In this document: positions 12,008 to 25,519 of the stretch, one piece after another
How positions within the stretch are numbered: position 1 is the first letter of the stretch
How the letters are laid out: each line of letters begins with the position of its first letter
Assembly: GCA_965649765.1 (NCBI GenBank)
Contig: OZ287757.1
Coordinates: 31,186,001 to 31,250,000 of the forward strand
Origin: Bispira polyomma
Taxonomy: Eukaryota
Length of the DNA: 64,000 nucleotides
Direction: 5' to 3'
Position numbers and translations under genes: made by a program
The notes under the pieces: model-generated
The model's input: the letters and a program-made list of their open reading frames with translations, nothing else
Databases searched by the model: none
Told to the model about the DNA's origin: nothing

Positions 12008-13080
12008 CTTAGCACCCTAGGTAGCAAGGACCTTGAACGAGGGGCCCGAGGTCAAATCGGACCACATCAAAAGATTCCAAAGCCATGATTTTGTAAAAGT
12101 GGTTTTACATCCAAAACCTGTTTGACCAAAAATAAGCGAGATATAGGCACTTTAAAGTTTGGCCAAAATCTGTCACTTGGGGTACTTTGGCACTCCGTCG
12201 ATGACCTTGAATGAGGAGATTCAAAGTCTAATGTCTGCATGCTTATACAGGTCATATATATCCCTTAAACATATCACCCGTAAAGAGATACTACCGTCTA
12301 CTGCTGAGAAATAGTCACAGTTAACAGCCTGATTATTTTCAAATAACCACACGTGGTAACCATCTTGTTTTTCAAAATGAGGCCAAAATAACTGCCATGC
12401 AAGGTTTTGTAGAATATTTAGTGTAAATTTCAGGAGCCTAGGTGTAACAAAGCGTAATCCAATGTATCCACCACTTTTACACCCCGAGGGTTACCCAACC
12501 TTTAAGTAGGTCAAAGTTCAAATCCAAGAATAAAAAAAAAATACCCATGCCAGGTTAAGATAACTGTTAAAAATAATTTTGATGCAGATAATATTAAAGG
12601 AGATATTCAAGGAAGACCATGTGGTGACAAGATAACCAGTGTTGACACCAAATAAGGGCCTCTCATTCAAAATCAAACGTGGATAGCTAAACTTAAAAGT
12701 GCTTATAACTCGTTATTATTGGTCCTAGAGGTTTGAGGTGTGAAACCAACCTATAGGGATTCATGGACTGGGAGTCTTCTGATGTGTTCAGGTTTGAGCT
12801 TGGGCCCCTCCTACAAGGTCAAACGAGGATAGCCAAACTTAAAAGTGCTTATAACTTGCTTATTATTGGTCCTAGAGGTTTGCAATGTGAAACCAACTTA
12901 TAGGTAATCATGGGCTGGGAATCTTCTGATGTGGTTAGATTTGACCTTGGGCCCCTCCTTCAAGGTCAGACGAGGGTAGCCATAGTGTGGGTGGTAGCTA
13001 GGGTAGTTCCTACCTAGGGTGCTTTGTCTTTCTGGTGGATAAAAATATGCATCGGTTCTCCGATGTGGTAGGTCTAGTTT
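12008..13080 (+). mobile_element. Non-autonomous Helentron/HINE-like element with internal ~130-bp tandem repeats
   Basis: Subterminal inverted repeat agcaccctaggtag (~12011) / ctacctagggtgct (~13010), then a 3' hairpin catcgg-ttct-ccgatg and a ctagtt end. A partial second copy lies at 20093-20258. Confidence 0.55.
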
Positions 13081-14039
13081 ATTTTAAAAAACAATATTAT
13101 AGTATCTCACTCAGTAGAAACAAATTAAAAGCTACCTTATATTTACAACTTTTACTTTATTTTCAAATGTGTTTAGTATGGATAAACAAATTTAGGTGCT
13201 TTCTTATAAAGACCTTTGAATGTCATGTGTAGATATGAGACGATGTGTCATCTTCATACTAAGTTAAAATCTCGATAAACTACATTTCATAAGTTTTTAT
13301 GCAATGCTGTTCCTTCTGCTAAATCAATGGGATACCACCAGCTATTTTCATCCATATAAATGCGACAGAGCTCTGCAATATCTTCATCACATATGGTATC
13401 GCCCCAGAATTCACACTCTTCTGCACAAGCTGTAACATTGTGGTCACTAACTTCATGGAGATAAGTATGGGTTCCATATAGCCCAGAAACACAGTACATT
13501 ACCAAAGGACGTCCATGGCGACAATTTTAATTCTTGCTTGGTCTTATTTGATGTGTATTCCACACCTTTGCCATTTTATCAAGGTCTACCTGAAATGGAG
13601 AATAAAGAGAAATAAATTATGGAACGGTAGTAGCAAGAAATATGCACCTCAATTGAGCACTGCGTCAGCTGCTTTACAGCCAGTGATGATGATGGAACAT
13701 GCTTGGAACAATACATCTATCCTTTATAATGATCCAGAAAACTGAACTTCAAAAGTTTAAGCTTAATGTCATGGTCAATTAAATTAAAATTTCACGGTAA
13801 GTTAAGACGCTATAGTAGAGCACATGAGCACTTATCGTTTTACAGAATTTTTAAGGCACAAGAAGCTAGGATGGCTAGTAAAATTTAAAAAAAATAGTTT
13901 CTTGGAGAATTGTTTAAAATTACAAGACCCGATAACAGTAACATGTAATTGTGCAATTGCCAACATTTAAATAGCAGCCTAAGGGAGGTCTCCGGGCACA
14001 TTTGAATTGCTAATTGCTATCCGAGCCCATATTTTCCTA

Positions 14040-14600
14040 TCTTATCACATAGATTCGAAATATGTAGAACAAAAATTAAAAATTAATGTGACCCCAGTTT
14101 GACAATGAGCCATACGTCTCGTGGAGCAAACATTAGTGGCTCATTAGTCTCCCAGCACATGGTTAATTGTACCCTTATAATACAGGGAATTGAATTGATG
14201 ACCGTAGAGGTCTCGCCTTTCAGGGTTAGGAAAATGATCTTTAGACACAATAAGTGGCTAGTAATCAATTCAATTTTGTCTGGATTGAGTTTCAGCTTGA
14301 CACTTCCCATCTACTTTTGCACAGCCTCAAGGCATTTTGCCAACTCTGATATGCTTCAGACAAAATTTGTTGCATCTAGTACTAAGTATAGTTGTGTGTC
14401 GTCAGCATCAAGATGATGAGTGACGTTGAAGTGAGAGATTATATTACTGAGGGGAGTGGTGTACATGGTGAAGAGAAGAGGGCCCAATACAGATCCTTAT
14501 GGGACACCAAGAGGAAGTGAGAAAGCTTTGGAGAATTAATCACCAATTTGAATTTTTTTTGCTTTCTGCAATGCAAGTAGGACAGTATCCAACAAATCCA
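14040..14600 (-). mobile_element. L2/CR1-type LINE reverse transcriptase fragment in the transposase intron
   Basis: [19 protein letters not shown]...[22 protein letters not shown]. Confidence 0.85.
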
Positions 14601-14603
14601 AGG

Positions 14604-14830
14604 CAGGGGCCGCAGTCACCAAGTGGCTATAAGCATTTGTTTTAAAATCTCTGACCTCTAGGGATCAAATTCTTAACTCATGTAAAAATGTTTGTCAGAT
14701 TCTTGCCGTATTTGGGTGGTTTACAGTGCTTGAGGACTGGTTTCCCTCACCACTAATACTGGCTGTTGCAATATAACCAAAGTTGTTGTAAGCGACAAAA
14801 ATCTAAATAAATTCAAATAAATTTAAATTC
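14604..14830 (+). mobile_element. Degenerate tRNA-derived SINE
   Basis: ggggccgcagtcaccaagtgg A-box-like head, ggtttccctcacc...actggctg...aatataacc core and AT-rich tail. Confidence 0.5.
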
Positions 14831-17408
14831 CAACTAAGGACGGTGCATCAATTCCAAGTCAATCAGTCAAAACAAAAGATATGTTTTTATTTTTAAATAA
14901 TACATATTTTAGAAGATGAGATGCTTTTAATTTGCTCTGTCTTTTCATATGAAGGACACCAAGACTATCAGGTGTCTTATGTAATATTATTTTGTACTAA
15001 CCTGTAACAGCCGAAGAAAACAGAACTGGATTAGGCTTTTATCAACTAGATATCCATTGAACAACCCTTGGTCAGTTAAAGTACCTAATGTATCCATCCA
15101 TGACTGACAACAAAGTTTTCTGAGGATATTCCAGAACATTTCTATTCTCTGATTTGCGGTGCCTCTTCCAAAAATAAATGACTGTCTGTCAGTTAAAAAT
15201 TCTTGCATCTGTGCAACATGACCATTCTCTGTGCCTCTATCTCCTCTTATCAAAAATGGGCAACCTTTCTTTTCACGTATTGTTTCAATGTAGTAACCTG
15301 CAACAACTTTTGGATCAGTGTTTGTCTGGAAGGCATTTAGCCACATAATACATCTTGAAAATCCATCAGTACATCCATTTATGCAAAGTCCATAACACTT
15401 CAGCTTATCATAGGAATCAAAGTGCCACAAATAATAAGGTCCTTTTGCATAGTATGCTCGTCTCTTCAATCTTCGAGACAAACGTAACCTGACACCAACT
15501 GGATCAAGGATCTACATAAGTGTTTGTACAGTATCTCTTGGGATGTTAATACCACCATGGCGGCACTGAAGATGCATCCATCGGTAACCTTGCTGACCCC
15601 GTTTTACTTACTGTGTCTAAAATGAAAAGTGTAACTTCCAGTATGTCTGCATGGTTCTTTCTTCGGTACAAGTTGCTCTTTCTGAGTGTTCTTTTCAATG
15701 TGCTCAAACTTATAACAATAGAATGTACTTGAGCTAACATTGACAAAATATGAGTATAAGTTAGCCCTAAATCAAAGTAAAACTTGCACAGCCTTGTCCT
15801 CTCATCCATTTTCTGAAAAGAAAAATAGACAATTTTTATTCAATCAATACAGCAAATATGCTAGCACAGTTACTGTTACCTTATATGAACTTCATGATAA
15901 ATCCAGCGAGATATTGTACTGACCACCAATAAACTTCTCTGTTTTACTACTCTCGTCACCATGAACGATTTGTCCTGGTTGCACCACCGAACATCTTTCT
16001 GGACATCTAAAAGAAATTTCGCCACCATCTCAAAATATTGATTTTTGTGAGTTAACTAAGTTTGCCAAAATCGCAGCCCAAGATTTTTCTGGACCATAAA
16101 AATATGTTGCTGCCATCACTAAAATATTTTTCTACCATGTGAAAATAGTCCCCGCCATCGCCGTCACCTAAAGGTTTTCATCAGTAATCAAGCACTGTAT
16201 GTAAAGCACCGACCTATGGCAGGTGCATGATAAACTTTCCTACATGAAGGAATGAACAGGACTCCCATATTGGTGAGAGAATAGTGATTGTTAGCAAGCA
16301 ATTCTAACTACTAGGCCAATGTAGCCCTGTATAACAGGCATGGATGATACTAGTACAGGTAAACAGGTGTGAGTGATTATGTTTGTTTGCTGTATGTTTG
16401 GTTTGACCTTATTAAAGCGCTATAGTCACTTTGTGGCTCTCAACAAGATATAGAAAATCCATTAGTGAGAATGGTGCATGTAAACAAAGATAGTGCAGGG
16501 TTTTTAATTTCTTTGTAGCCAGGTAAGTCTTTCGAGGCAGCAAAATTTGTTGTTGACCAAGAAAATCTTTTATTTCAGTGATGCTGGCAAACTTTGTTGG
16601 TGGCAGGGAAAATAGCGAGGTTTCTGGGTGGCAGCAAAAATATTTTGTGGCGTAAAGGGTGCCGAACTTGTATAGTGAGTCCTGCCCATCCACCACATTA
16701 TTTGGGTGGGTGACATTTTTCCATGGGAATATATTTCGCAGGAGTTACCATGAAGTACAAACTCTTCAGTATAAGTAACTCTTAGTAGTCACATTGGGTT
16801 ATGTGTATTATTTTGTTATATTTGTAATAATAAAAGTACCTCTGAGGATAAAAGTCCAGGACAATGCATTGATGCACAAGAACCCAGAAAATTTGAGGAG
16901 TATAAAACCCCAGCACTTTTAAAAAGAAAACACAATATTATTACTTATCAAGTTGGGGCCACTGCTTAAAAATATTAGTACTTGATTATATTTGTTATTA
17001 TTAATGGCCAAGAGCCACTTAAAAGGGTTAAAATGGTCCGACTATACTTCATAACTTTAAGGTCCAACTGTCAATCAAATTTCGTTAAACCATATGTTTT
17101 TGATAATTATTTGGAAGGGCAAACAGACTGATAGGAAGAGGTACTTTGACCCCTTTCAAGTTTAGTTGAAGCTGACAGGTACAAATGATCAGAGACGTAA
17201 ATTTGTTGGAAAACATAGTTACATATTTGTTATAAAAGGTTACAATTTTACTCCAGACATTAGCAGATTTTATATAATCAATAATACTTACATGACTTTG
17301 ATACTCCAGACATAAAATAATGCACAATCTTGTTCGTCTGGTGACTGCAATGTAAAAAGAGCTATCTAGTAATTTTATTAGCCCTATCTTGTAATTACAA
17401 GGCTCATA

Positions 17409-18440
17409 AACCATCAAGAAAAAAAAGGGAAAAAAGAACCATAAGCAATGTTTAGGTAGATGGATTCGAATGAAGCAAAATTAGGAAGATTGATTTCAGT
17501 CACATTGAAAATCTTTTTCACAAAGACTCCAATGCCTCTCCTGTCTCTGCGAGGCTTTCGAAAAAAATTCTTTGCAGGGGGGGTCATACTATGTAGAAAA
17601 GGGTCTGTCATTTTTTCCAATCCATGTCCCAGTGATACCAACTACGTTAAGTTTGTTACTGAGTGTACTGTCAACAACTAAAGGTCCCTTGTTTCTGATG
17701 GACCTGGCATTAAAGTTGCCAATTTTCAAAGTATTTTTAGTAAGGCATTTGGGGCCAGGATTTACCTGGATGTCACCAGACAGGGACAGCAAAAGAATAG
17801 ACCACAACAGATAAACATGAGGAGCTCTGTTTGAGAAAAATTTATTTTTACTTTGGCAGAAAATAGCCACATGCACTTTATTAAGTGCAAAGATTATTGA
17901 GGGTTGGATACCAGGTTTATATGGTGACGGCAATTCATCTTTGGCTGATGCAGAGCTGATCCAGATGAGGACCACAGCACAAAAAACATGTAATGGATGC
18001 ATAGTTGAACCAGACGGACAAGAAGTGGTACAGCCCCAAAAAATTAAAAATCAAGTGACAACTCGACAGCACTGTATAGCTAATTTTCTATGTGTAGTTA
18101 ATTTACAGTGAACAATTCAAACACAACCCAGCACTCCTAACCAAACAGAGTGAAAGCCAATACAGGAAAAAATTCCAAGTAATGAAATTCAGGAAAAACA
18201 ACACAACAGCATTCCCAACCAAGAGGAGTGAGCAAAAAAAAGTAAAAAAATTCAGAGGAACTTTATTACAATTTGCAGCACAAGGGTACGTATATAAAAA
18301 TAGTAGGGTTTACAGTAGGGGATTCAACAATTTCAAGTAATATAAATCAGGAAAAACAACTCAACAGCACTCAACATGCCTAAGCGGAGTAAACAATAAT
18401 ATAGTAGTAACAGCACAAGGGTGCGTATATTGCACAGCAC
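17409..18440 (-). mobile_element. 5' part of an L2/CR1-type LINE (2A-like motif + APE endonuclease start), cut at 17408
   Basis: LLLSLSGDIQVNPGP...LKIGNFNARSIRNK...VVGITGTW...PRRDRRGIGVFVK...FESI. Confidence 0.85.
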
Positions 18441-18759
18441 GACCCAGCAGGGGTCTGATGGTTCAGTTGTCTCACTAAAGTTGTCATTACCTTAAACCCT
18501 GGAGGCAGAACTGACCAACATTCGTTCTGTCCACCCACATAATGCTGACCAATGAAATTGCTTCTTTACCAAGAGTTTTCCCTCCAAAATCTAGAGCTCC
18601 TCCATATTGGAATAAGATTCAGTGAAGAAACACGTACATTTTAAGTTTATGAAGGCATCACTGAATTTTTACATTTTTAGTATTTTAGTTTTTTTATACA
18701 TTTGTTTGTTTTTAATATTGCTACATTATTTTACGTGTGTGTCATATATAATTGTTGTT

Positions 18760-19560
18760 ATGGGGCGATCAGAGAAGCTTTGCTCTACTAAGAAAACACC
18801 AGCTACAGTAGAGGGAAAAACTAGGGCTCAGAAGAAGACATCAAAAACAAACGTACTAAACTCTAACATGGATGACAGTATTGTCACCGATCTGGGATTC
18901 GGAACCGTCTTATCTTCACAACTAGCGTCCCCGATTAACGTTCAGAACCAAGCTCTGGGCCTCGTCAACCGGCTGTAGCTCTTCCCCTTCAATATACACA
19001 GCACCAGCCTACTCCAGCAGACGTGAACCCTCCTCCATCGGGCCATGAATCCGAAATGCTCAGGATTCTTAGGAGGCTGGAGCAATCCAACGCAGAGCTG
19101 ACTCGGCGACTAGACAGGGTCGAGGCGAAAGAAACCACTAAGGCGGCAGTATCACAGCACTGTTCTCTCTACTCAACCCACCGTTTACACGGGTGCGACG
19201 ACGCTGGCTGCTACACAGCAGAAAGGACTCGGCGTCACGGGCGGATCTGACTATGCATCAGATGGCATAGTTCCACGACCGGACGTACTTAAGTCACTAC
19301 CGGATGTCCAGGCCCTGGTCAACCTGAAGTTAGCTGAGTACAACATGCAGGCACAAACAGCGTTCCAACAAGGTAAGGCTGTTCTCAGGCAGAAATCTGG
19401 CCGTTTTAACTGTACAGACATACCCAATAGTAACCCAAAATTAAGATGGCCCAACGAGGGATGCACTGGGGGATCTGCCAAGAAACGCCCTGCGTATGAC
19501 GACTTATCACTACCCCAGTGGGCTGCCGGGAAGCTACTGTAGTCTTAGATTCTAACATAC
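18760..19560 (+). mobile_element. Gag-like ORF1 remnant of a DIRS-order element
   Basis: Coiled coil (LRRLEQSNAELTRRLDRVE), then KSGRFNCTD...RWPNEG...YDDLSLPQWAAG, resembling ORF1 of tyrosine-recombinase retrotransposons. GC-richer than the flanks. Confidence 0.55.
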
Positions 19561-20092
19561 TGTTGCACCTGTGTGTGTAATTGGACAACTACATCTGGTG
19601 TATTTAGTTGCTGCCAGTGCCCATGGTTAGCCATGGTTGTCCTATATGACTAGGACCTTGGTGGCGGTATATAACAGGGTGTCGATAATGATAGGTTCAT
19701 CTCCTGGAGAACTTGTTTTTTATGGTGAGACCTCCAGGTCCATTGGAGTATTTTTAAATTATGTACCTTTTACATTACCCCTAAAATCAATTTAGATAAG
19801 CTGCCCAGTAATGTCTAATCAATTTTTTGTTACCCAGGGGAAAATATAGAACTGATTTTAAGTTACACATGTGATTTTATATTACCCTTTGTTCTGTTTA
19901 ACATTAATGTTTGTGTACATTACAAGGTTTTGATATGATTTGATTGAAATAGAATATGTTTAACCAGCAGATACACACTTTAATAAAACTGACTGAACAT
20001 AATCACAACATCATGTGAATAAAACAATGTTACTATGAGGGGTAACATAATATAGATTTTAGATTACCTCTGGGGTAATTTAAACTCAATTT

Positions 20093-20258
20093 TAAAGTAA
20101 TCATGGGCTGAGAATTTCTGATGTGGTCAGATTTGACCTTGGGCCCCTCCTTCAAGGTCAGACGAGGATAGCCATAGCTTGGGTGCTTCCTACCTAGGGT
20201 GCTCTGTCTTTCTGGTGGATACAAATATGCATTTGTTCTCCAATGCGCTAAGTCTAGT
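20093..20258 (+). mobile_element. 3' fragment of the Helentron-like family at 12008-13080
   Basis: Near-identical to ~12903-13080. Confidence 0.75.
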
Positions 20259-23200
20259 TGTTTTTAAGTTTGTTTTTTTAAGTAATGTGTACTTACTTAT
20301 TTTAGTAGTGTTGCAATTTGTACTAATTCCAAATTAGCCTTAATTGGCCTTGCTTAAAAATGTTGATAATCATAAAGTATTTTGTACATAGAAATCAGTA
20401 TCGTTTGTCTAGTTGTTGACACATATGAAATATACATTAGCTCATAAGTTATTATTATTATGGTATTGTATTAGTATTATTTGACATATACTAGAAGTTT
20501 TGCTCTCTTGTGTTGTTTCACTAGTTGGGGAAAACCATCACTTACTCAAAGTCAGTAGTTATAGCGGAAAATTGAATTCCTTCCTTTTATGTTTCCTATT
20601 TAAAACTTGTTTCTATATTCATATTTTACTTTATGATTTTGTTTATTGTTTGTTTATTTTCAAATTTTCAATTTTTACAATATTTTCAAATTAATTTTAA
20701 AATGTAAACAAAATTTTCTTAATTTTGAACTCTTTTTAATGACGTAAATTATGGAAGATATGGCCAAATTTTACCTAAGTGATGACAATTTTTTTTTAAA
20801 CAAATTTGATAAGAATGTTGAGGGCACTATGTGAAATAAATACCTTCAAATTTTTTAGTGCCGACTCCTTTAAAAATAAGGACTTTCCATTAGAACAGAG
20901 TAGGTATAATATAATAATAAAAAGACACTTAGTAGAATGCACTGACTGAAGAAAGTTTCTGGTGCTGCTATTTTAATATATACAGTCATATTTTAAACAA
21001 CCTCAACCTACAGCCAGAGATAGATGGAATTATCACTCGAGATTGTTATTCTTAAAACACAACATGGTTTCAATGTCTCCCCCCAGAAAAACAAATCCTC
21101 CCCCAAATAACATCAAGGCGATTTTCTTTGAATGAAATATTTGACTATTTTTGTTTGAAAGGAGATTTATTTCTAGGTATTAGCTCTTGAGTGCTATCCG
21201 GTTAACCTTCTTATTTTGACGGGAGAAAAAAATTTCCACGAAAAGAATCTGGTAAATTTATCATGTCTTATTATGTAATAAAACAATTTTATAGTGCGAA
21301 AATTGATGTTCACGCATCCTCTGCAGTGCACTATCCTTAGAGTTAACCAACAGCATAGTCCAGGTACACAGTGGCGGGTCGTAAGGTAAGTGTGTAGCGG
21401 GAGAAACAATTTAAGAGGATAACCCTACCTTTCGGGGGCAGTGTTATGGCATTGCTCTTGTCAGTCCTCTACGATCTTAACTCTATGAGGGTACCAGTCT
21501 GTTCCTAACACAGGTAAAAACTCAAGTCAATAAATAAACAAACTCCTTGTTGTTAAGTGAGAATGCAGGTAACTGAATCTGATTGAATGAGGCCCAAAGG
21601 ACAAGAGACTTATTAGTAAATAAGTTCAGTTTGAATTTGGCCACAGACAAGTGTTGCACAAACATTTCTGATTTCAAATTTTCTGTGATTGTTTTATATC
21701 TTACTTTACATGATTTTACAAACAGTGATTTACATTTATATGGAACAGTTGCAGGACTATTTTAATGTCTTACGTACATTCTGGAATCTTGACTGTGTCC
21801 TCACGACTCTACTCTGACAACCTCATGCTTGATTAGCCCTTGGGCGGGGTATAAAGGGACAAAAATCATTTCTAATTCTATTTAAAACATCATTCGTTAT
21901 AGGTGAGATATAATCAAGTCTTGGAGTTGTCAGAACGGAGCGCTGTGGGTTGTATTATTCTTGTTTCAGTGACTATATGCATCAAATTGCAAAATAACAC
22001 ATTAAAAGACTGGAAAATGCCACAATAAAAGGCACTATGTAAGAAATGCGGAAATCGAAACACATGCCCTCCACTTGGACAAAGTGTACTCATGGAAAAC
22101 ATATAGATATGAATACTGAAGTTGTGTCAGGAGAATCTCATGTAGTGGATGACACTCTTGTTAAAAAACACGGGCAACACACTCGGGATGGCAAGCGTTC
22201 AGTGGCGGACAAGGGCGATGATGACCACGACATCCAGAAGCTGATTCTGCAACAACTCCAGAGGGTAAATTCAAGGCTGGATGCACTGGAAGATCAAGTG
22301 GCTGAATCCAGGACAACACACAATAGGACTGGTGGAAAATTAAGTGGAATGCTTTTAAGTCAGAAACTTAAGTTAAATACAAGTGAAAGTATGTCAGATT
22401 CACTATCCTCAGATGAGGAGCAGGTTTTGTCAAAATTATCGAGTTCTGCTTCATTTCAGCTTCAGGTTGACAGTAGAATAAGAAAGTTGGAAAAGGAAAA
22501 TCATAATACAGGTATTGATAGTTCAAACTAAATTAAATTAAATACAGGTTATCATATGACCAATTATCTTTAACGCAATGGGTTAAAGGTTTTTTTTAAA
22601 ACATAATGGAAGAGGCAGACAGTGACAAGAAAGACAAAATGATAAATTACACGTTGGATTTCATGGAGGATGCGACCGATTTCACACAGCAAGGAGCCAA
22701 AGCAGCACACACTGTCTTGCTGTGAGTAATGGAACAGGGCACCCTTACATGGGATGATAGCACAAGAATAGACAGAATTAGGCGAGTTCATGTTCAAAAA
22801 CATACAAGCAATTCATTTGGAAACAGCAAAAATTGGGAGAGAAAGCAAGATCAAAACAATAAAAAAACCCTGGTTTTGTAAATTTTTTTAAACGGGATCA
22901 TGCCAGTACACTAAAGACCATGAGATTTGGGGAAAGTTGCATCAACATATCTGCGCTCACTGTCTGGCTACAGGTAGGGTATTATCACATCTGGAAAAGG
23001 AATGTCTGTTCGCCAAGAAAAATAGGAGCCAGCAGGCAAAAAACGAATAAGTAGCTGCTCTCTTAGTCTTAAACTAGAGGGCGGCAAGGGTAGTAAAAGT
23101 AACTCAATAAGTAGAGGTAGTAAGGACACAGGTGATGGTTTTAGTGAAAGCAAAAAACCAGTAAACGTGGTAAATGTATTCGTCCAGAGACTAATGATAA

Positions 23201-23949
23201 AACAGGTACAAGGTCAGATAAGTCTGTCAGGTTTTACCAGATTAAGTGTTGAATAGTCGAAAAGTTTTTAATGTACATCATGTAAAACGTGTTCAGAGTA
23301 CAATGAAATGTCAAGATAGGTTTTTTTACAGCAACGGTGTAAAGAAATAAGATGTAGAGAGTCTGCTAATACGTTCTTTAAAAGATGTTATGTGCACCTT
23401 CAGGGCAGTCAGTTCTGACGTCACGGCTTGGTCATATGCCAGCGTAGTTAAGGCCAAATCTAAAGTAGGCAGGGCACGACAAATGACGGGCACTGAAAAG
23501 GTAGCACAACATGACAGACATCTCAATTTTGTGTCACATAACAATAGTGACAAAAACACAAAGCACAAAGACAAAGTACAAAGAAATAACAAGGTCAAGG
23601 TGAGTGAGAGGGAAACCCCTTCTCTTAGACAAATAAAACAGGTCCATAATGACACAAGTGAAACACGTGAAACCAGACTGTTATTCAACATTAATGGCAT
23701 GGAGGATAAATTCATTAACTCCGTTCTATTAAACAACGAAGGTAAAGTGAAATCAAAACACACAGAGGTGAATTGTCAAACGTTTGATGAGTTTATAAAA
23801 CAAACAGAGTTTCAGTTTGGTTTCATTCCCCTGAGTGACCCCACACTACCTGACAGCACAGACAATGGCAATAGTAGTATTGATTGTCCTATCAAGTATA
23901 TACTACCAGGTTAAAAAGGGGGCGACACAATTTCCTGGGGCCTCGAATA

Positions 23950-25432
23950 CCCGTTGATTCCCAATTACATATAGATCAGTGGACAGACATGTTGAATGGG
24001 TACTAGGATAGGCAACTTCTCCAGTTACTTTTAAGTTCGGATTTCCTTTGGGTTTCAACAGAAAATGTAAACTTAGAAGCGATGTGGACAACCATAAGTC
24101 GGCTAATGAATATGCTAAAGATGTTAGCGTGTATATTAATAAGGAGAAAAATCATGGAGCCTTAATAGCTCCATTCGAAAAAAAATCCCATAAAAAATGG
24201 TCACCATTCTCCATTTATGACAAGGCATAAACCCAACTCTAAAAATAGACATGTGATAATAGACTTAAGTTGGCCCAAGGGATATTCAGTTAATGCTGGA
24301 GTGGACAAGGATAGTTACCTAGAGGCAGATTTTAAGCTGAATTTTCCAACAATGGATGATCTCACTAGGGAACTTGTTAGGTTGGGTAAAGGTGCTCACA
24401 TATACAAGCTTGACGTCAGTCGCGCTTTTTGTCATTTAAAAATATACCCCATGGATTACGACTTACTTGGGTTAAATTGGCAAGGTACTTATATTGACAC
24501 ATGTCTCCCCTATGGGAGTCATCATGATAGTCAATTCTTCCAATGCATCAGTGACCCAGTGCGTTACATAATGCGTCAACGCGGATTTAGTGTAAGAAAT
24601 TATATAGACAATTTTGGGGGTTACGGGACGCCCACAGTGGCAAAAGGCTCATTTGAATGTCAAGCACATAGGCTGTATGTCTGGGCATTTTGATTGACAC
24701 TGTAGCTATATCACAAGAAAAATTAACAGAAATAAAATCCACAGTTGATGAATGGCAAACAAAAAATGTGTGTCCCAAGAGGCAATTACAATCCTAGGGC
24801 AAGTGTGTGAAGCCAGCGAGGTGTTTCCTTAATCACATGCTGGAACTACTAAGGAGTACTGTAAACCCGAATAGAATTAAGTTAACTGAAGAGTTCAAAC
24901 GTGACCTGAGATGGTTTCATAAATTTTTACCCAGATATAATGGTGTGTAAATGTATGGACATAAGAGGACTGACCACACACTAGAACTGGACGCTTGTCT
25001 GCAGGGGCTAGGGGGTAGATAGAAAAAATTGGTGTATCACCTTCCCGTACCTTAACATTTCCAAAACTTAGAAATTGTTCATCTAGAGATGATAAACATC
25101 CAGGTGGCATTGAAATTATATCAAGCTTATTGGCAGGGACCAAAGTTTTGATAAAATGTGACAATCAATCGGTAGGTAGTTCATGTACTAAATTCAGGCA
25201 GGGCTAGAGACCCATACCTGGCAGCTTGTGCTAGGAACGTATGGTATCTGGCTGCCACTGTAGACATTGACTTACAATATATACATGTACCAGGTAAGGA
25301 CAATAGGACTGCAGACTTGCTTTCGAAATGGACACATTCAGTCAGTAACTGGACAGAATTGAATACATTAATGCACAATCCAGTGTGGCTAGAGACCTCC
25401 ATAGAATTAACAGAAATAGTCAATACATTATA
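23950..25432 (+). pseudogene. DIRS-type reverse transcriptase / RNase H
   Basis: ORFs 24048-24230 and 24217-24693 plus downstream motif fragments; many frameshifts. Confidence 0.88.
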
Positions 25433-25519
25433 ACATATTCACGGGCACATTGACAAATATTAAAAGTTAAATTAAGATAGATACTATGCTTGGTATTGTA
25501 GGAACAGAGGCACTGAAAG

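Larger units (their letters stand above)
13287..15809 (-). pseudogene. IS3/integrase-core DDE transposase (IS3EU-like); exons 15809-15002 and 13589-13287
   Basis: N-terminal HTH-like region (FDLGLTYTHILSML...ISLSTLKRTL). Core RRLKRRAYYAKGPYYLWHFDSYDKL, GCTDGFSR, RGDRGTEN, ANQRIEMFW gives the D-D-E triad. Splices CAG|gttagt ... tttcag|VDLDKMAKVWNTHQIRPS*...GRP. Has a frameshift and in-frame stops. Confidence 0.85.
3414..17408. mobile_element. IS3EU-like two-gene DNA transposon (DDE transposase + SAM-HECT E3 ligase), decayed, with nested insertions
   Basis: The same 24-bp repeat lies at both ends, and the right end reads ...gccctatcttgtaattacaaggctCATA directly against an interrupted LINE ORF. 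The two genes start near opposite ends and converge. The true left terminus is missing because the palindrome folds inside the repeat array. Confidence 0.7.

Noticed and set aside
13287-15809. Bacterial IS3 contamination or recent horizontal transfer
   Set aside because: The gene has a GT-AG intron containing LINE and SINE fragments and is embedded in eukaryotic repeats.
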